59,486 nucleotides of DNA from Pyrinomonadaceae bacterium (GCA_035276425.1 DATELP010000107.1:1-59486); one strand, 5' to 3'; counted from the first letter of the stretch, positions 19,417 to 27,582 are shown. The notes: generated from the letters alone by a model not told the origin. Translations and numbers: made by a program.

Positions 19417-20385
19417 CTATTCTGCTGGCGCCGGTTCGTGACCGACGAAGAGCAGGTAACTGTACAACGCGAGTCCGGTCAGCGCCGCGATGCTGTACTT
19501 GATTCGCGGATCGATCGCCGCCGGTGAGACAAACCCTTCAATAGTTCCCGCGACCACCAGCAACAGCGCAACTCCGATCATCAAACGAACCGCTTCCATC
19601 CCGCGCGTCCGCAACGCATCAGCGCGCGTCAAATCGCCCGGCATGATCATCGCGCTGCCGATCAATAACCCCGCGCCCCCGGCAATAAAAATACACGACA
19701 GTTCGACAACTCCGTGCGCCACCATGAACGTCACGAGGTCCTTGCCGAAACCGGCTTTGTAAGTCAGCGCGAGCACGGACGCGATGTTGGCGCCGTTGAA
19801 GGCCATGTAAAAAAGCGTGCCGACACCAGCCAACGCGCCGAAAGCAAACGTGTAGATCGTGACCTGAATGTTGTTGGTCATGATCGCGCTGGCGCCGACC
19901 TGATTACTCTGGTTCAGTGATTCCCACCAGTGTGTTTTGGTTTCGATGTACAACTCGCGAAAGGCCGGATCGACGCCGACGAGTTCCGAAAAGTCGGGAT
20001 CGTATTTGGTAGCCACGAAGCTCAGCACTGCGAAAAGCGCGAAAGTGGCGAACGCGACGAACGTGTAACGCCACGTGCGGCGAAACGTCTGCGGCAGCTC
20101 GTGCGTGAAGTAGCGGCGAATTCGTTTGCCACCCTGCGCGTCGGCGCGATAGATGCGGCCGTGCGCGCGGATGACGAGACTGTTGAGGTAATTAACGAGC
20201 CGCGGATCTCGCGACTCCGCGCGGGCGATGGCCAGATCGGAAGCCGTGCGCCGATAAATGCGGCCGAGCTCGCGTACTTCCTCGCGGCCCAAACGTCTCA
20301 ACGAAGCGTGGTCGAGCAGCTTGAGCAGATCTTCGAGCCGTTGCCAGGCGTTTTTGCGTTGACTGATGAAACGGTCGGAAGGAAT
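19417..20385 (-). CDS. SpoIIM-like (DUF95) polytopic membrane protein; start codon uncertain
   Basis: N-terminal F-I-x-x-R-x-x-x-W-x-x-L-E-x-L-L and YRRTASDLAIA motifs followed by about 6 TM segments. There is no ATG or GTG near the conserved N-terminus. The candidates are ATT at 20385 or TTG at 20460. Confidence 0.65.
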   Translation of the reverse strand: MPSDRFISQRKNAWQRLEDLLKLLDHASLRRLGREEVRELGRIYRRTASDLAIARAESRDPRLVNYLNSLVIRAHGRIYRADAQGGKRIRRYFTHELPQTFRRTWRYTFVAFATFALFAVLSFVATKYDPDFSELVGVDPAFRELYIETKTHWWESLNQSNQVGASAIMTNNIQVTIYTFAFGALAGVGTLFYMAFNGANIASVLALTYKAGFGKDLVTFMVAHGVVELSCIFIAGGAGLLIGSAMIMPGDLTRADALRTRGMEAVRLMIGVALLLVVAGTIEGFVSPAAIDPRIKYSIAALTGLALYSYLLFVGHEPAPAE

Positions 20386-20389
20386 TGTG

Positions 20390-20475
20390 CTTTGTCCTTT
20401 GAGCTTTGTACTTTGGCGTTCAAATATCCGCGAACGTAGTGTAACTTTGCAAAGTACCAAGCTCAAAGAACAAAG
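20390..20475. repeat. ACAAAG-heptad hairpin element, copy A
   Basis: Arms CTTTGTCCTTTGAGCTTTGTACTTTG (20390-20415) and CAAAGTACCAAGCTCAAAGAACAAAG (20450-20475) are complementary at 24 of 26 positions. The loop contains ACGTAG. Confidence 0.8.
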
Positions 20476-20482
20476 TTCAAAG

Positions 20483-21394
20483 ATGCGTCCACTCGTCGAA
20501 TGTGTTCCCAATTTCAGTGAAGGGCGAAAGCCCGCGACGGTGCAGGCGATTGCTGAGGCAATCGCGGCGGTTGAGACGGCGTGCGTGCTGGACACGCATA
20601 TCGATCCGGATCACAACCGTTCGGTGATTACGTTTGTGGCGACACCCGAGAATGTAGTTGAAGCAGCGGTGCGCGCGGTGAAACGCGCGTCGGCACTGAT
20701 CGACATGCGCACGCATCAGGGCGAACACCCGCGACTGGGCGCGACGGACGTGTTGCCGTTCGTGCCGGTCCATGCAGTGACGATGGACGACTGCGTTCGG
20801 TTGGCCCATGAAGCAGGCAAGCGCATCGCGAGCGAGTTGTCTATTCCGGTTTACTTTTACGAGCAGGCCGCACGGCGTTCCGATCGAATCAATTTAGAGG
20901 ACGTGCGGCGTGGTGCTTTGGAGTTGTTACGCGAACAGATCACCACCAACCCCGAACGCGCGCCCGATGAAGGCACGGCGGTGGTCCACGACACCTCGGG
21001 CGCGATCGCAGTGGGTGCGCGTCCGTTCCTGATCGCGTTCAACGTCGTGCTGCGCAGTGACGACATCGCGATCGCACGCCAGATCGCGAAAAGCATCAGA
21101 GCACGCAACGGCGGTTTGCCGTTTCTCAAGGCGTTGGGCTTTCGCTTATCGACGCGGAGTTGTGTGCAGGTGTCTATGAACCTGGTGAATTATGAAGTCA
21201 CCGGAATGGACGCTGCTTACAATGCGATACGTCGCGAGGCGTCGCGCTTGGGCGTCGAGATCGACAGCACCGAGATCGTCGGTCTCGTACCGCGCAACGC
21301 ATTGGATCCTGAAGCCGAGTATTTCAGCAAACTGGAAAACTTTTCCGAGGCGAAGATTTTGGAGAACCAAATCGCTAACTGCCCGGATCGTTAA
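20483..21394 (+). CDS. ftcD: Glutamate formimidoyltransferase
   Basis: MRPLVECVPNFSEGR at the N-terminus is characteristic, and the length of about 303 aa fits. The upstream part of the listed ORF is encoded by the repeat. Confidence 0.8.
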   Translation: MRPLVECVPNFSEGRKPATVQAIAEAIAAVETACVLDTHIDPDHNRSVITFVATPENVVEAAVRAVKRASALIDMRTHQGEHPRLGATDVLPFVPVHAVTMDDCVRLAHEAGKRIASELSIPVYFYEQAARRSDRINLEDVRRGALELLREQITTNPERAPDEGTAVVHDTSGAIAVGARPFLIAFNVVLRSDDIAIARQIAKSIRARNGGLPFLKALGFRLSTRSCVQVSMNLVNYEVTGMDAAYNAIRREASRLGVEIDSTEIVGLVPRNALDPEAEYFSKLENFSEAKILENQIANCPDR

Positions 21395-22941
21395 CTACCA
21401 AGCCTGATGATCTCCGCGCGTAACCGCTCGTGCCGTTGCATCAACTTCAAGTACGTCATCTCTTCAGCCGCGCGCTTTGCACTCACGATTCGTTCTAACA
21501 TCTGTCTTTCATCCGTGTTCCAACTGGCCTCACGTACCAACGACGCCAACGATTCAAACCTGCGCCCCTGCACTCTGAGTCCAATCTTTCTTACCTGAAA
21601 CCGATCCCAATCGCCCACACGCTTCTGATCGAGTTCTAAAATCATCGGACTCTCCGCCAGCTTCCGCAGCGTACGTGCTGAAGTCCGATAACCTTTTCGC
21701 TCCGCGATCTTCTGTTCTTCTCTTTCCGTCAGACGCAAAGCATCCCGCTCCGTCGGACGAAAACCAAGCTTGCGATAAAACCAAAACGCGCCCGATTCGA
21801 TTCCTTCTTCGTTCTCATGCCCGATCTGATACGGCTCGATCGCAAACGCCGTTACGCCCACGAAGTGACGCATCACGTTCAGTATTCGCGCATACAACCA
21901 CGCGGTCTCACCATCGCGAAACGTGTAATAAAGATTGAACCCGCTCTCCATTCGTTCAAACAGCGAGAGCCCTTCGAAGTAACCGATCGGCACACCGTTT
22001 TTGTAGATCATCGTCGCGTGAGACGCGCGTAGCGGCAGACGCTTCTCGGGCGGTAAACCGAAGAGATGCAGTTGAACGCCGCGGCCCAAGTCTGTTTGAT
22101 AGACGTGCGCCGGATCGCCGTGCGTAAAGCCGTAAAGCTCACGATAACGAATCGTCGAGGCTTCAAGCGCCAGGTTCAAAGCACGTTCGCCGTCTTGCCG
22201 AGATAACTTAACGAACGTCGGCGGTGGCGCGTTCAACTCATCGCGGAAATTTACATCGCGGCGTTGAATAAAAGGGTCGCGATGATAAAACATACTGCTT
22301 CCTGGCGCGCGCAGACCGGTTCGTGTCGAACGAAAACGCGGCGTCCACTGCACGTAGATCTGTTGCGAGTCGTAGAGCTCCGCTTTTTCTTTATCGGGTT
22401 GGGCTAGCTCGTCGAAGCGTTCGACCAGCCACGAGATCTCCGATTGACGCCCACGCGCCGCCGCCAGCCACTTTCGATAAGGAACATTCGCTTCGACGTT
22501 CGCGTCTTCTTCAAGCAGCGGCATAAAACGCGGCCACGTTTCAGCCAAACGATTTTCATTCTCAAACCACTCCCAATAGATCGCGAGTTGTGTTGAGAAA
22601 TGTTCGACCAGCCAACGAACGATGTAAAAGCCAAACGTGTCCGTCACGGACGTACCGGCGATACCCGAGATGCTCGGGTGTTCGAGACTCGACAGATCCA
22701 CCTCACGCTCGCGCAGTGCCGAAACTCTGTCGGCAAAAGCGCGAAGTTGCTCCTCAGCAAGCCGCGCCACCGTGGCGTTGTGAGGATACGCGCGAACAAA
22801 CATCAGCAACTCGTGAAGCCGAATCAGCTCCTCGGGATCATTTACCCGCTTCCGCTCGAGGCGCTCAAGCAGCGACTGCATTCGCTTCGCATCATGCTCA
22901 CCGAAACTGGTTTTTAGTTTGTCGAGTTGATTGAGAGCCAC
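21391..22941 (-). CDS. Hypothetical 516-aa protein; possible GNAT-like segment near residues 330-400
   Basis: Long ORF with normal amino-acid composition. The only hint of a fold is ..GAFWFYRKLGFRP. Its GTG start lies inside the GTGGC end of a repeat. Its stop overlaps the ftcD stop by 3 nt on the opposite strand. Confidence 0.55.
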   Translation of the reverse strand: MALNQLDKLKTSFGEHDAKRMQSLLERLERKRVNDPEELIRLHELLMFVRAYPHNATVARLAEEQLRAFADRVSALREREVDLSSLEHPSISGIAGTSVTDTFGFYIVRWLVEHFSTQLAIYWEWFENENRLAETWPRFMPLLEEDANVEANVPYRKWLAAARGRQSEISWLVERFDELAQPDKEKAELYDSQQIYVQWTPRFRSTRTGLRAPGSSMFYHRDPFIQRRDVNFRDELNAPPPTFVKLSRQDGERALNLALEASTIRYRELYGFTHGDPAHVYQTDLGRGVQLHLFGLPPEKRLPLRASHATMIYKNGVPIGYFEGLSLFERMESGFNLYYTFRDGETAWLYARILNVMRHFVGVTAFAIEPYQIGHENEEGIESGAFWFYRKLGFRPTERDALRLTEREEQKIAERKGYRTSARTLRKLAESPMILELDQKRVGDWDRFQVRKIGLRVQGRRFESLASLVREASWNTDERQMLERIVSAKRAAEEMTYLKLMQRHERLRAEIIRLGS

Positions 22942-23020
22942 GGACTTTCACAGACTAACACGGATTTCTTTTGGGCTTTAGGTATTTCTCTTGTCCGTGG
23001 TTTCCGTGTCTGTCTGTGGC
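22937..23020. repeat. Pseudo-palindrome built from 10-nt CACnGAy units
   Basis: Left arm GCCACGGACtttCACAGACtaaCACGGATttc. Right arm GTCCGTGgtttCCGTGtctGTCTGTGGC. Outer GCCAC/GTGGC clamps. Confidence 0.65.
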
Positions 23021-23030
23021 CGATTTGAAC

Positions 23031-23858
23031 TTACGCGCGCCGAATGAACTTCGCGGCGATCCAGCCGGCGAGCACGAGTGCGGAAAGAATGATCCAGTTG
23101 TAACGATCGCCGTACGTCACACCGGGATAGTGATTGCTGATCATAATGAACACGACCGGCACAGCCATGAACGTGTTCTGTTTGGACCGCAACTTCGCGC
23201 GCGCGGCGAGGCGTTCGTCAGGTTTGCGTCCTTCGTTCAGCGCCGCGATCATCTTTCGTTGCGACGGCAGGATGTGCATCCAAACATTCGCGGCCATGAT
23301 CGTGCCGAAGATCGCGCCGAGATGAATGTAAGCCGCGCGCGCACTGAATACCTGCGTCAGCCCGTAAGCAAGCGCCACGATCAGAACGTAAGCAACGACT
23401 GCAAACGCTTTTTCATGTCGGCCCAGCGGCGACGACATCATCACGTCGTAAACAAAACCCGAAGCGAGAATCACGCCGATGCCCAGCACTACCGCCCAAC
23501 CGAGACTGATGTCATAAACATCGCGGTCGATCAACGCGCCGCCGCCGAGATAATAAACGAGCACCAGCAACGCGAAACCGCTGAGCCACGTCACGCCGGC
23601 TTCCCAACGAAACCAGTGCAACGTGCGCGACGCGAGGTCCGGCACTTTCCGTCGTTCGACAACGTAGAAACCGCCGCTATGGACCATCCAAATCTGTGCG
23701 GACGCGCCGGTGGCTGCGACGGCCTTTTCTTCTTCAGTCAAACGCGCGTCGAGCCAGGTGAAATAGTACGTCGTACCTACCCACATGATGCCGGCGAAGA
23801 CGTGTGTCCAACGAAACAGAAGGTTGAGCCATTCGTTGAGAGTCGGATCGAGAATCAT
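23031..23858 (-). CDS. puuD: PuuD-like integral-membrane urate hydroxylase homolog (membrane domain only, no cytochrome c domain)
   Basis: LLFRWTHVFAGIMWVGTTYYFTWLD and HWFRWEAGVTWLSGFALL resemble the COG3748/PuuD membrane domain (from memory). The protein contains no cysteine, so it has no CxxCH. The context is a urate catabolism operon. Confidence 0.6.
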   Translation of the reverse strand: MILDPTLNEWLNLLFRWTHVFAGIMWVGTTYYFTWLDARLTEEEKAVAATGASAQIWMVHSGGFYVVERRKVPDLASRTLHWFRWEAGVTWLSGFALLVLVYYLGGGALIDRDVYDISLGWAVVLGIGVILASGFVYDVMMSSPLGRHEKAFAVVAYVLIVALAYGLTQVFSARAAYIHLGAIFGTIMAANVWMHILPSQRKMIAALNEGRKPDERLAARAKLRSKQNTFMAVPVVFIMISNHYPGVTYGDRYNWIILSALVLAGWIAAKFIRRA

Positions 23859-23873
23859 CTGTAGTTGTGCTTG

Positions 23874-23935
23874 GTGCTTTGTACTTTGTTCTTGTGACGT
23901 AGCAACAATTCGACAAAGAACAAAGAACAAAGCAC
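23874..23935. repeat. ACAAAG-heptad hairpin element, copy B
   Basis: GTGCTTTGTACTTTGTTCTTG (23874-23894) pairs with CAAAGAACAAAGAACAAAGCAC (23914-23935). The loop contains ACGTAG. Confidence 0.75.
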
Positions 23936-23962
23936 TAAGATCCAAGACCTACGATCTAAGTA

Positions 23963-24307
23963 CTAACTTCCGCGATAGGTCGAATAGCCGTAAGGACTGA
24001 TCAGCAACGGTACGTGGTAATGCTGCGATGCGTCGTCGACATTGAACACGACCGTCACTTGCGGATAGAAGCAGGCAAGACTCAGCGAAGAAAAATACGG
24101 TTCAGTGTCGAAGACCAGCCGGTAGGTTCCGTTTGCCACCGGACGATCGACGAGAAAAAAAGGCTTTACGCGGCCGTCGTCGTCGGTCCATGCGTGGCTC
24201 ATCTCGGTCCAACTCTCGTCGTTGTTCTGAACTTCGAGAGAAACGGCCACGCCACTTGCGGGCGCGCCGCGCGAGGTGTCGAGTATGTGGGTGGAAATCG
24301 TGCTCAT
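23963..24307 (-). CDS. uraH: 5-hydroxyisourate hydrolase (transthyretin-like)
   Basis: N-terminal STHILDTSRGAPASGV, YHVPLLISPYGYSTYRGS at the C-terminus, and 114 aa in length. Confidence 0.92.
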   Translation of the reverse strand: MSTISTHILDTSRGAPASGVAVSLEVQNNDESWTEMSHAWTDDDGRVKPFFLVDRPVANGTYRLVFDTEPYFSSLSLACFYPQVTVVFNVDDASQHYHVPLLISPYGYSTYRGS

Positions 24308-24316
24308 GAAATCCGC

Positions 24317-24829
24317 TTATAAATAGTCGACTAGTTTTCGAAGTCTTAGTTCGGTGATCTTTGCTTGCTCGGCGGCTGCAATCGGCAACTCCCGGGACGC
24401 GTCGTTTGGCAGTCGCTGTTCGAGCAGCGCCAGTATCTCATCAGATGACTTGCCAGTGGCACAAACTATGAAAATAAAACCGAATTTCTTTTCGTAATCG
24501 AGGTTTAGCTGCGCCAGTTTGTCGATCGTTTGCTGTGCGGCGTTCTGGACTCCCTGTTGTTCCTGCGCCGACCACTGCTGCGATTGTGCAGAAACTGCGT
24601 TCGCGGCTTTCCGCTCGCCGATCCTGGGATGACTGCGAAACGCTTCGAGCCAATCGGTTTCGTTCAACGACCACCAAACGTCGGTTGCTTTCGCGAGCAG
24701 TTGTTCGAGCGACGCGTAAGGCCGATCACGTTCGACTGCTTCCGCCCAGCCTGTCGCGCCGCAGCATTTCAACAATTCCGTGCGCACTGCTTCGGGATCG
24801 AGTTCGTTCAACCACGCGAGATCGTGCAT
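24317..24829 (-). CDS. uraD: OHCU (2-oxo-4-hydroxy-4-carboxy-5-ureidoimidazoline) decarboxylase
   Basis: HPRIGE and FGFIFIVCATGKS motifs. The ATG at 24829 lies 5 nt after the allantoicase stop. Confidence 0.88.
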   Translation of the reverse strand: MHDLAWLNELDPEAVRTELLKCCGATGWAEAVERDRPYASLEQLLAKATDVWWSLNETDWLEAFRSHPRIGERKAANAVSAQSQQWSAQEQQGVQNAAQQTIDKLAQLNLDYEKKFGFIFIVCATGKSSDEILALLEQRLPNDASRELPIAAAEQAKITELRLRKLVDYL

Positions 24830-24834
24830 CGTTG

Positions 24835-25821
24835 TCACTCTGCCAACGTTCCGTACACGCGCAAACGACTTACGCCGCCGTCCGGAAAGATGTTGAATCG
24901 CAGGTGCGAAACGACGCCGGCGTCGGTCAGTTCGCGATCGAAGTAATGTTGCGTGTGTGCCTGGAGTTTGGTGCGCGTCAGAACGCTGGTCCACACCAGT
25001 TCGTTAAGATCCGCGGCGCCGGAAACGTTGCACGCCTCGAGCGAACAGCTCTCGGGGAAGTTGCCTTTGAAGTGCGACGTGTCTACTTCGATCGCTTGTA
25101 TCTGTCCCGGCCGGGCGAGTTTGATGATGGCCCAATCGTGTCCTGGACCACGTCGCCGCTTTGTTTCCCATCCATCGCTCATGTCCGCGGCACGGCCCGG
25201 CATGATCAGATTGTGACGATGACCAAAGAACATGTCACTGCACGAGAGTACAAGCGCGCCGTTCTCCGCCGCCGCGAGATCGATGTGACCACCCGCGCGT
25301 TTGAGCCGTTCCCAATCGGGCACGACCTCACCATAAACGCGCAGCCGCGCGACACCGCCGTCGGGAAAAATTCGGAAACGAAGATGTGTGATGCGTTCGT
25401 TGTGTTCGATCGCAAACTCATTGCGCGAATCGCCGGCTAGCGGCGACTGCGGTAACAACGGCGCCCATTGGACCGACTCAGCAAGCAATTCTTCTTCGGT
25501 CGGCAGTCCTTCGAACGCAGCTCCGTCAAGCGAGCAATGCTCGGGATAGTTGCCGCGGAAAAAACTTGTATCAACTACGACGCCACGAATGATCCCCGCC
25601 AATCCCAAACGCAGGATGCACCAATCAAAGCCGGGTGTGCGGCGGCGACGGCTCTCCCAACCGTCCATCCACTTGCCACGGTCGGTGTACTTGCCTTCGA
25701 TAAAGATCGGGTCGCTCGCCTTTAACAAATTCTCTTTCGGCGCAAAGAAGTCATCGTTAGCGACGAGCACCGCACCGCCAACCTTTTCAGAAGCGAGATC
25801 GATAAGTTCTGTGAAGTTCAT
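24835..25821 (-). CDS. alc: Allantoicase
   Basis: Two internal repeats carrying GWESRRRR and GWETKRRR. The ATG at 25821 directly abuts the 20-nt repeat. Confidence 0.88.
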   Translation of the reverse strand: MNFTELIDLASEKVGGAVLVANDDFFAPKENLLKASDPIFIEGKYTDRGKWMDGWESRRRRTPGFDWCILRLGLAGIIRGVVVDTSFFRGNYPEHCSLDGAAFEGLPTEEELLAESVQWAPLLPQSPLAGDSRNEFAIEHNERITHLRFRIFPDGGVARLRVYGEVVPDWERLKRAGGHIDLAAAENGALVLSCSDMFFGHRHNLIMPGRAADMSDGWETKRRRGPGHDWAIIKLARPGQIQAIEVDTSHFKGNFPESCSLEACNVSGAADLNELVWTSVLTRTKLQAHTQHYFDRELTDAGVVSHLRFNIFPDGGVSRLRVYGTLAE

Positions 25822-26288
25822 AGCCACAAAAAGGCACAAAAAGACTTGTGTTAACTAACGATATACTTCCGTATTTCGAGCTTCGGAGCGCCGAAATTGA
25901 TTAACAGGCCATGCGTGATACGTGCGGCACGAAGATAACCCAGGAGTTGCGCTGTGTGGGCATTGATCAAGGCGTCACAACCCTTTATTTCACAGATTAG
26001 GCAATTTTCCACGAAGAGATCAGCGATTAGTAGACCAAGTATTGTTCCATCTTCGTCAAACACCTTCATTCGTTGCTGTTGTTCAGCTCGTATGCCCCTT
26101 TTCCGGAGTCGGTTTGCGAGAGCGTTCTCGTAGATCTTCTCGTTAAATCCGCTTCGCAAGTAATTGTGAATATCAAAGCTGGTTTCTCGAATTACGTCGC
26201 ATAGTGTGAAGATGCTATGGCTGTGAGGATCTGCCGCCATACAAGATACTTCCTTTTTCTAACTGATTTTGTGCCTCTTTGTGGCTAT
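25822..26288 (-). mobile_element. Putative miniature insertion: GxxExxY gene bracketed by 20-22 nt inverted repeats
   Basis: AGCCACAAAAAGGCACAAAAAG (25822-25843) and TTTTGTGCCTCTTTGTGGCT (26267-26286) are inverse complements at 19 of 20 positions and enclose only the 129-aa gene. Confidence 0.4.
25851..26240 (-). CDS. GxxExxY protein (PD-(D/E)XK nuclease superfamily-like)
   Basis: GFNEKIYENAL gives the GxxExxY motif. DLFVENCLICEIKG and the C-terminal GLLINFG fit the family as I remember it. It has its own SD (AAGGAAG). Confidence 0.8.
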   Translation of the reverse strand: MAADPHSHSIFTLCDVIRETSFDIHNYLRSGFNEKIYENALANRLRKRGIRAEQQQRMKVFDEDGTILGLLIADLFVENCLICEIKGCDALINAHTAQLLGYLRAARITHGLLINFGAPKLEIRKYIVS

Positions 26289-27576
26289 CATATATTTTTC
26301 TCCCACGAAGAAAAGTTTTTTCTACAACTCCGCTTAATGATTCACCTTCATAAGGCGTGAGTTTGTGGCGATGTTCCAGGTGCGCTGCGTCGACGATGAA
26401 TTCTTTATTCGGGTTCCAGAGGATGATGTCTGCGTCGCAACCCACAGCGATCGAGCCTTTGCGAGACGTTAAAGAGACTTGGCGCGCGGTATTTGTGCAA
26501 AGCCAGTTCGTTAAGTCGCGCAACGAAAAGCCGCGGCATTGTGCTTCGGTCCAGGTCACCGGGAGACGCAGTTGCAACGACGCGATGCCGCCCCACGCCG
26601 TCATGAAATCGCCGGACTCACGCAGCTTCATGCTCACAGGACAGGGCGAATGGTCCGACACGACCATGTCGATCGTTCCATCAGCGAGACCCCGCCAAAG
26701 CTTTTCGCGGTTCTCACTCTCGCGGATCGGCGGACAACACTTGAACTCCGTAGCACCATGCGGAATCGTCTCCGCCGCGAAGTGAAGATAGTGTGGACAC
26801 GTTTCGGCAGTAATCTTCACACCCGCAGCCTGCGCCTCGCACAGCAGCGGCAACGCATCCGACGAAGAAAGATGAACGATGTGTACGCGCGTACCGAATT
26901 CACGACTCAAACGAATCATCAATTCGATGGCTTCATTCTCCATCGAGCGCGGCCGCGAATTAAGAAACGCTTCGTAATCAGTTCCTTCGGTAGCCTTCAC
27001 CGGTACCGGAAGCTCAGCATGCACGATCAGCATCGCCCCAATCCGTGAAAGTTCCGGCATCGCGACGCGTAGATTGTCTTCAGTGACGTGCGGAAACTCA
27101 TCCACACCTGACGGAACCAGAAAGCACTTGAACCCAACAACACCCGCCGCAAACATCGGCGCCAGTTCCGACGTGTTCCCCGGCACAACACCACCCCAAA
27201 ACCCGACGTCGACGAAACAGTCATCCTTTGCTGTATCGAGTTTTGTTTTAAGTCCAGCCAGTGTTGTTGTCGGAGGAATCGAGTTGAGCGGCATGTCGAT
27301 CAGCGTCGTGACGCCACCCGCAGCCGCTGCGCGCGTTGCGGTGCGAAATCCTTCCCACTCAGTGCGTCCCGGAGAGTTGATGTGAACGTGCGTATCAACC
27401 AAACCCGGCATCACCACCGCATCATCATCGGCCTCGACGATCTCACAGTTTTCCAAAACGTCGTCAAACGGCCGCACCGCAACGATCTTCTCGCCGCTGA
27501 CATGAATCGACGCTGGACCAATCGCGTCCGCCGACACCACCGTTCGCCCACGTATGATCAGATCGACAGTCGACAT
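26215..27576 (-). CDS. allB: Allantoinase (cyclic amidohydrolase)
   Basis: GLVDTHVHINSPGRTEWEGFRTATRAAAAGGVTT plus later His/Asp metal-ligand regions. The last ~23 codons run through the repeat and overlap the GxxExxY start. Confidence 0.88.
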   Translation of the reverse strand: MSTVDLIIRGRTVVSADAIGPASIHVSGEKIVAVRPFDDVLENCEIVEADDDAVVMPGLVDTHVHINSPGRTEWEGFRTATRAAAAGGVTTLIDMPLNSIPPTTTLAGLKTKLDTAKDDCFVDVGFWGGVVPGNTSELAPMFAAGVVGFKCFLVPSGVDEFPHVTEDNLRVAMPELSRIGAMLIVHAELPVPVKATEGTDYEAFLNSRPRSMENEAIELMIRLSREFGTRVHIVHLSSSDALPLLCEAQAAGVKITAETCPHYLHFAAETIPHGATEFKCCPPIRESENREKLWRGLADGTIDMVVSDHSPCPVSMKLRESGDFMTAWGGIASLQLRLPVTWTEAQCRGFSLRDLTNWLCTNTARQVSLTSRKGSIAVGCDADIILWNPNKEFIVDAAHLEHRHKLTPYEGESLSGVVEKTFLRGRKIYDSHKEAQNQLEKGSILYGGRSSQP

Positions 27577-27582
27577 GCAATC

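Noticed and set aside
21391-21394. Overlap of the ftcD stop (TAA 21392-21394) with the stop of the convergent 516-aa gene (TTA 21391-21393)
   Set aside because: This is real in the sequence, but it is a common consequence of compact convergent genes. No further signal was seen.
22971-23864. 297-aa plus-strand ORF, with a similar 301-aa ORF at 24535..25440
   Set aside because: They are antisense to the PuuD-like gene and to the allantoicase/OHCU decarboxylase genes respectively. The products are Arg/His-rich, and the opposite-strand products carry clear family motifs.
24835-25839. N-terminal extensions MCLFVAMN, MCLLVAMN (30898) and MCLLVASFN (35738) in the ORF track
   Set aside because: The shared peptide is simply the translation of the 20-nt TTTGTGCC..GTGGCT repeat. 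The true starts are taken downstream, at 25821, 30916 or 30931, and the GTG at 35777.
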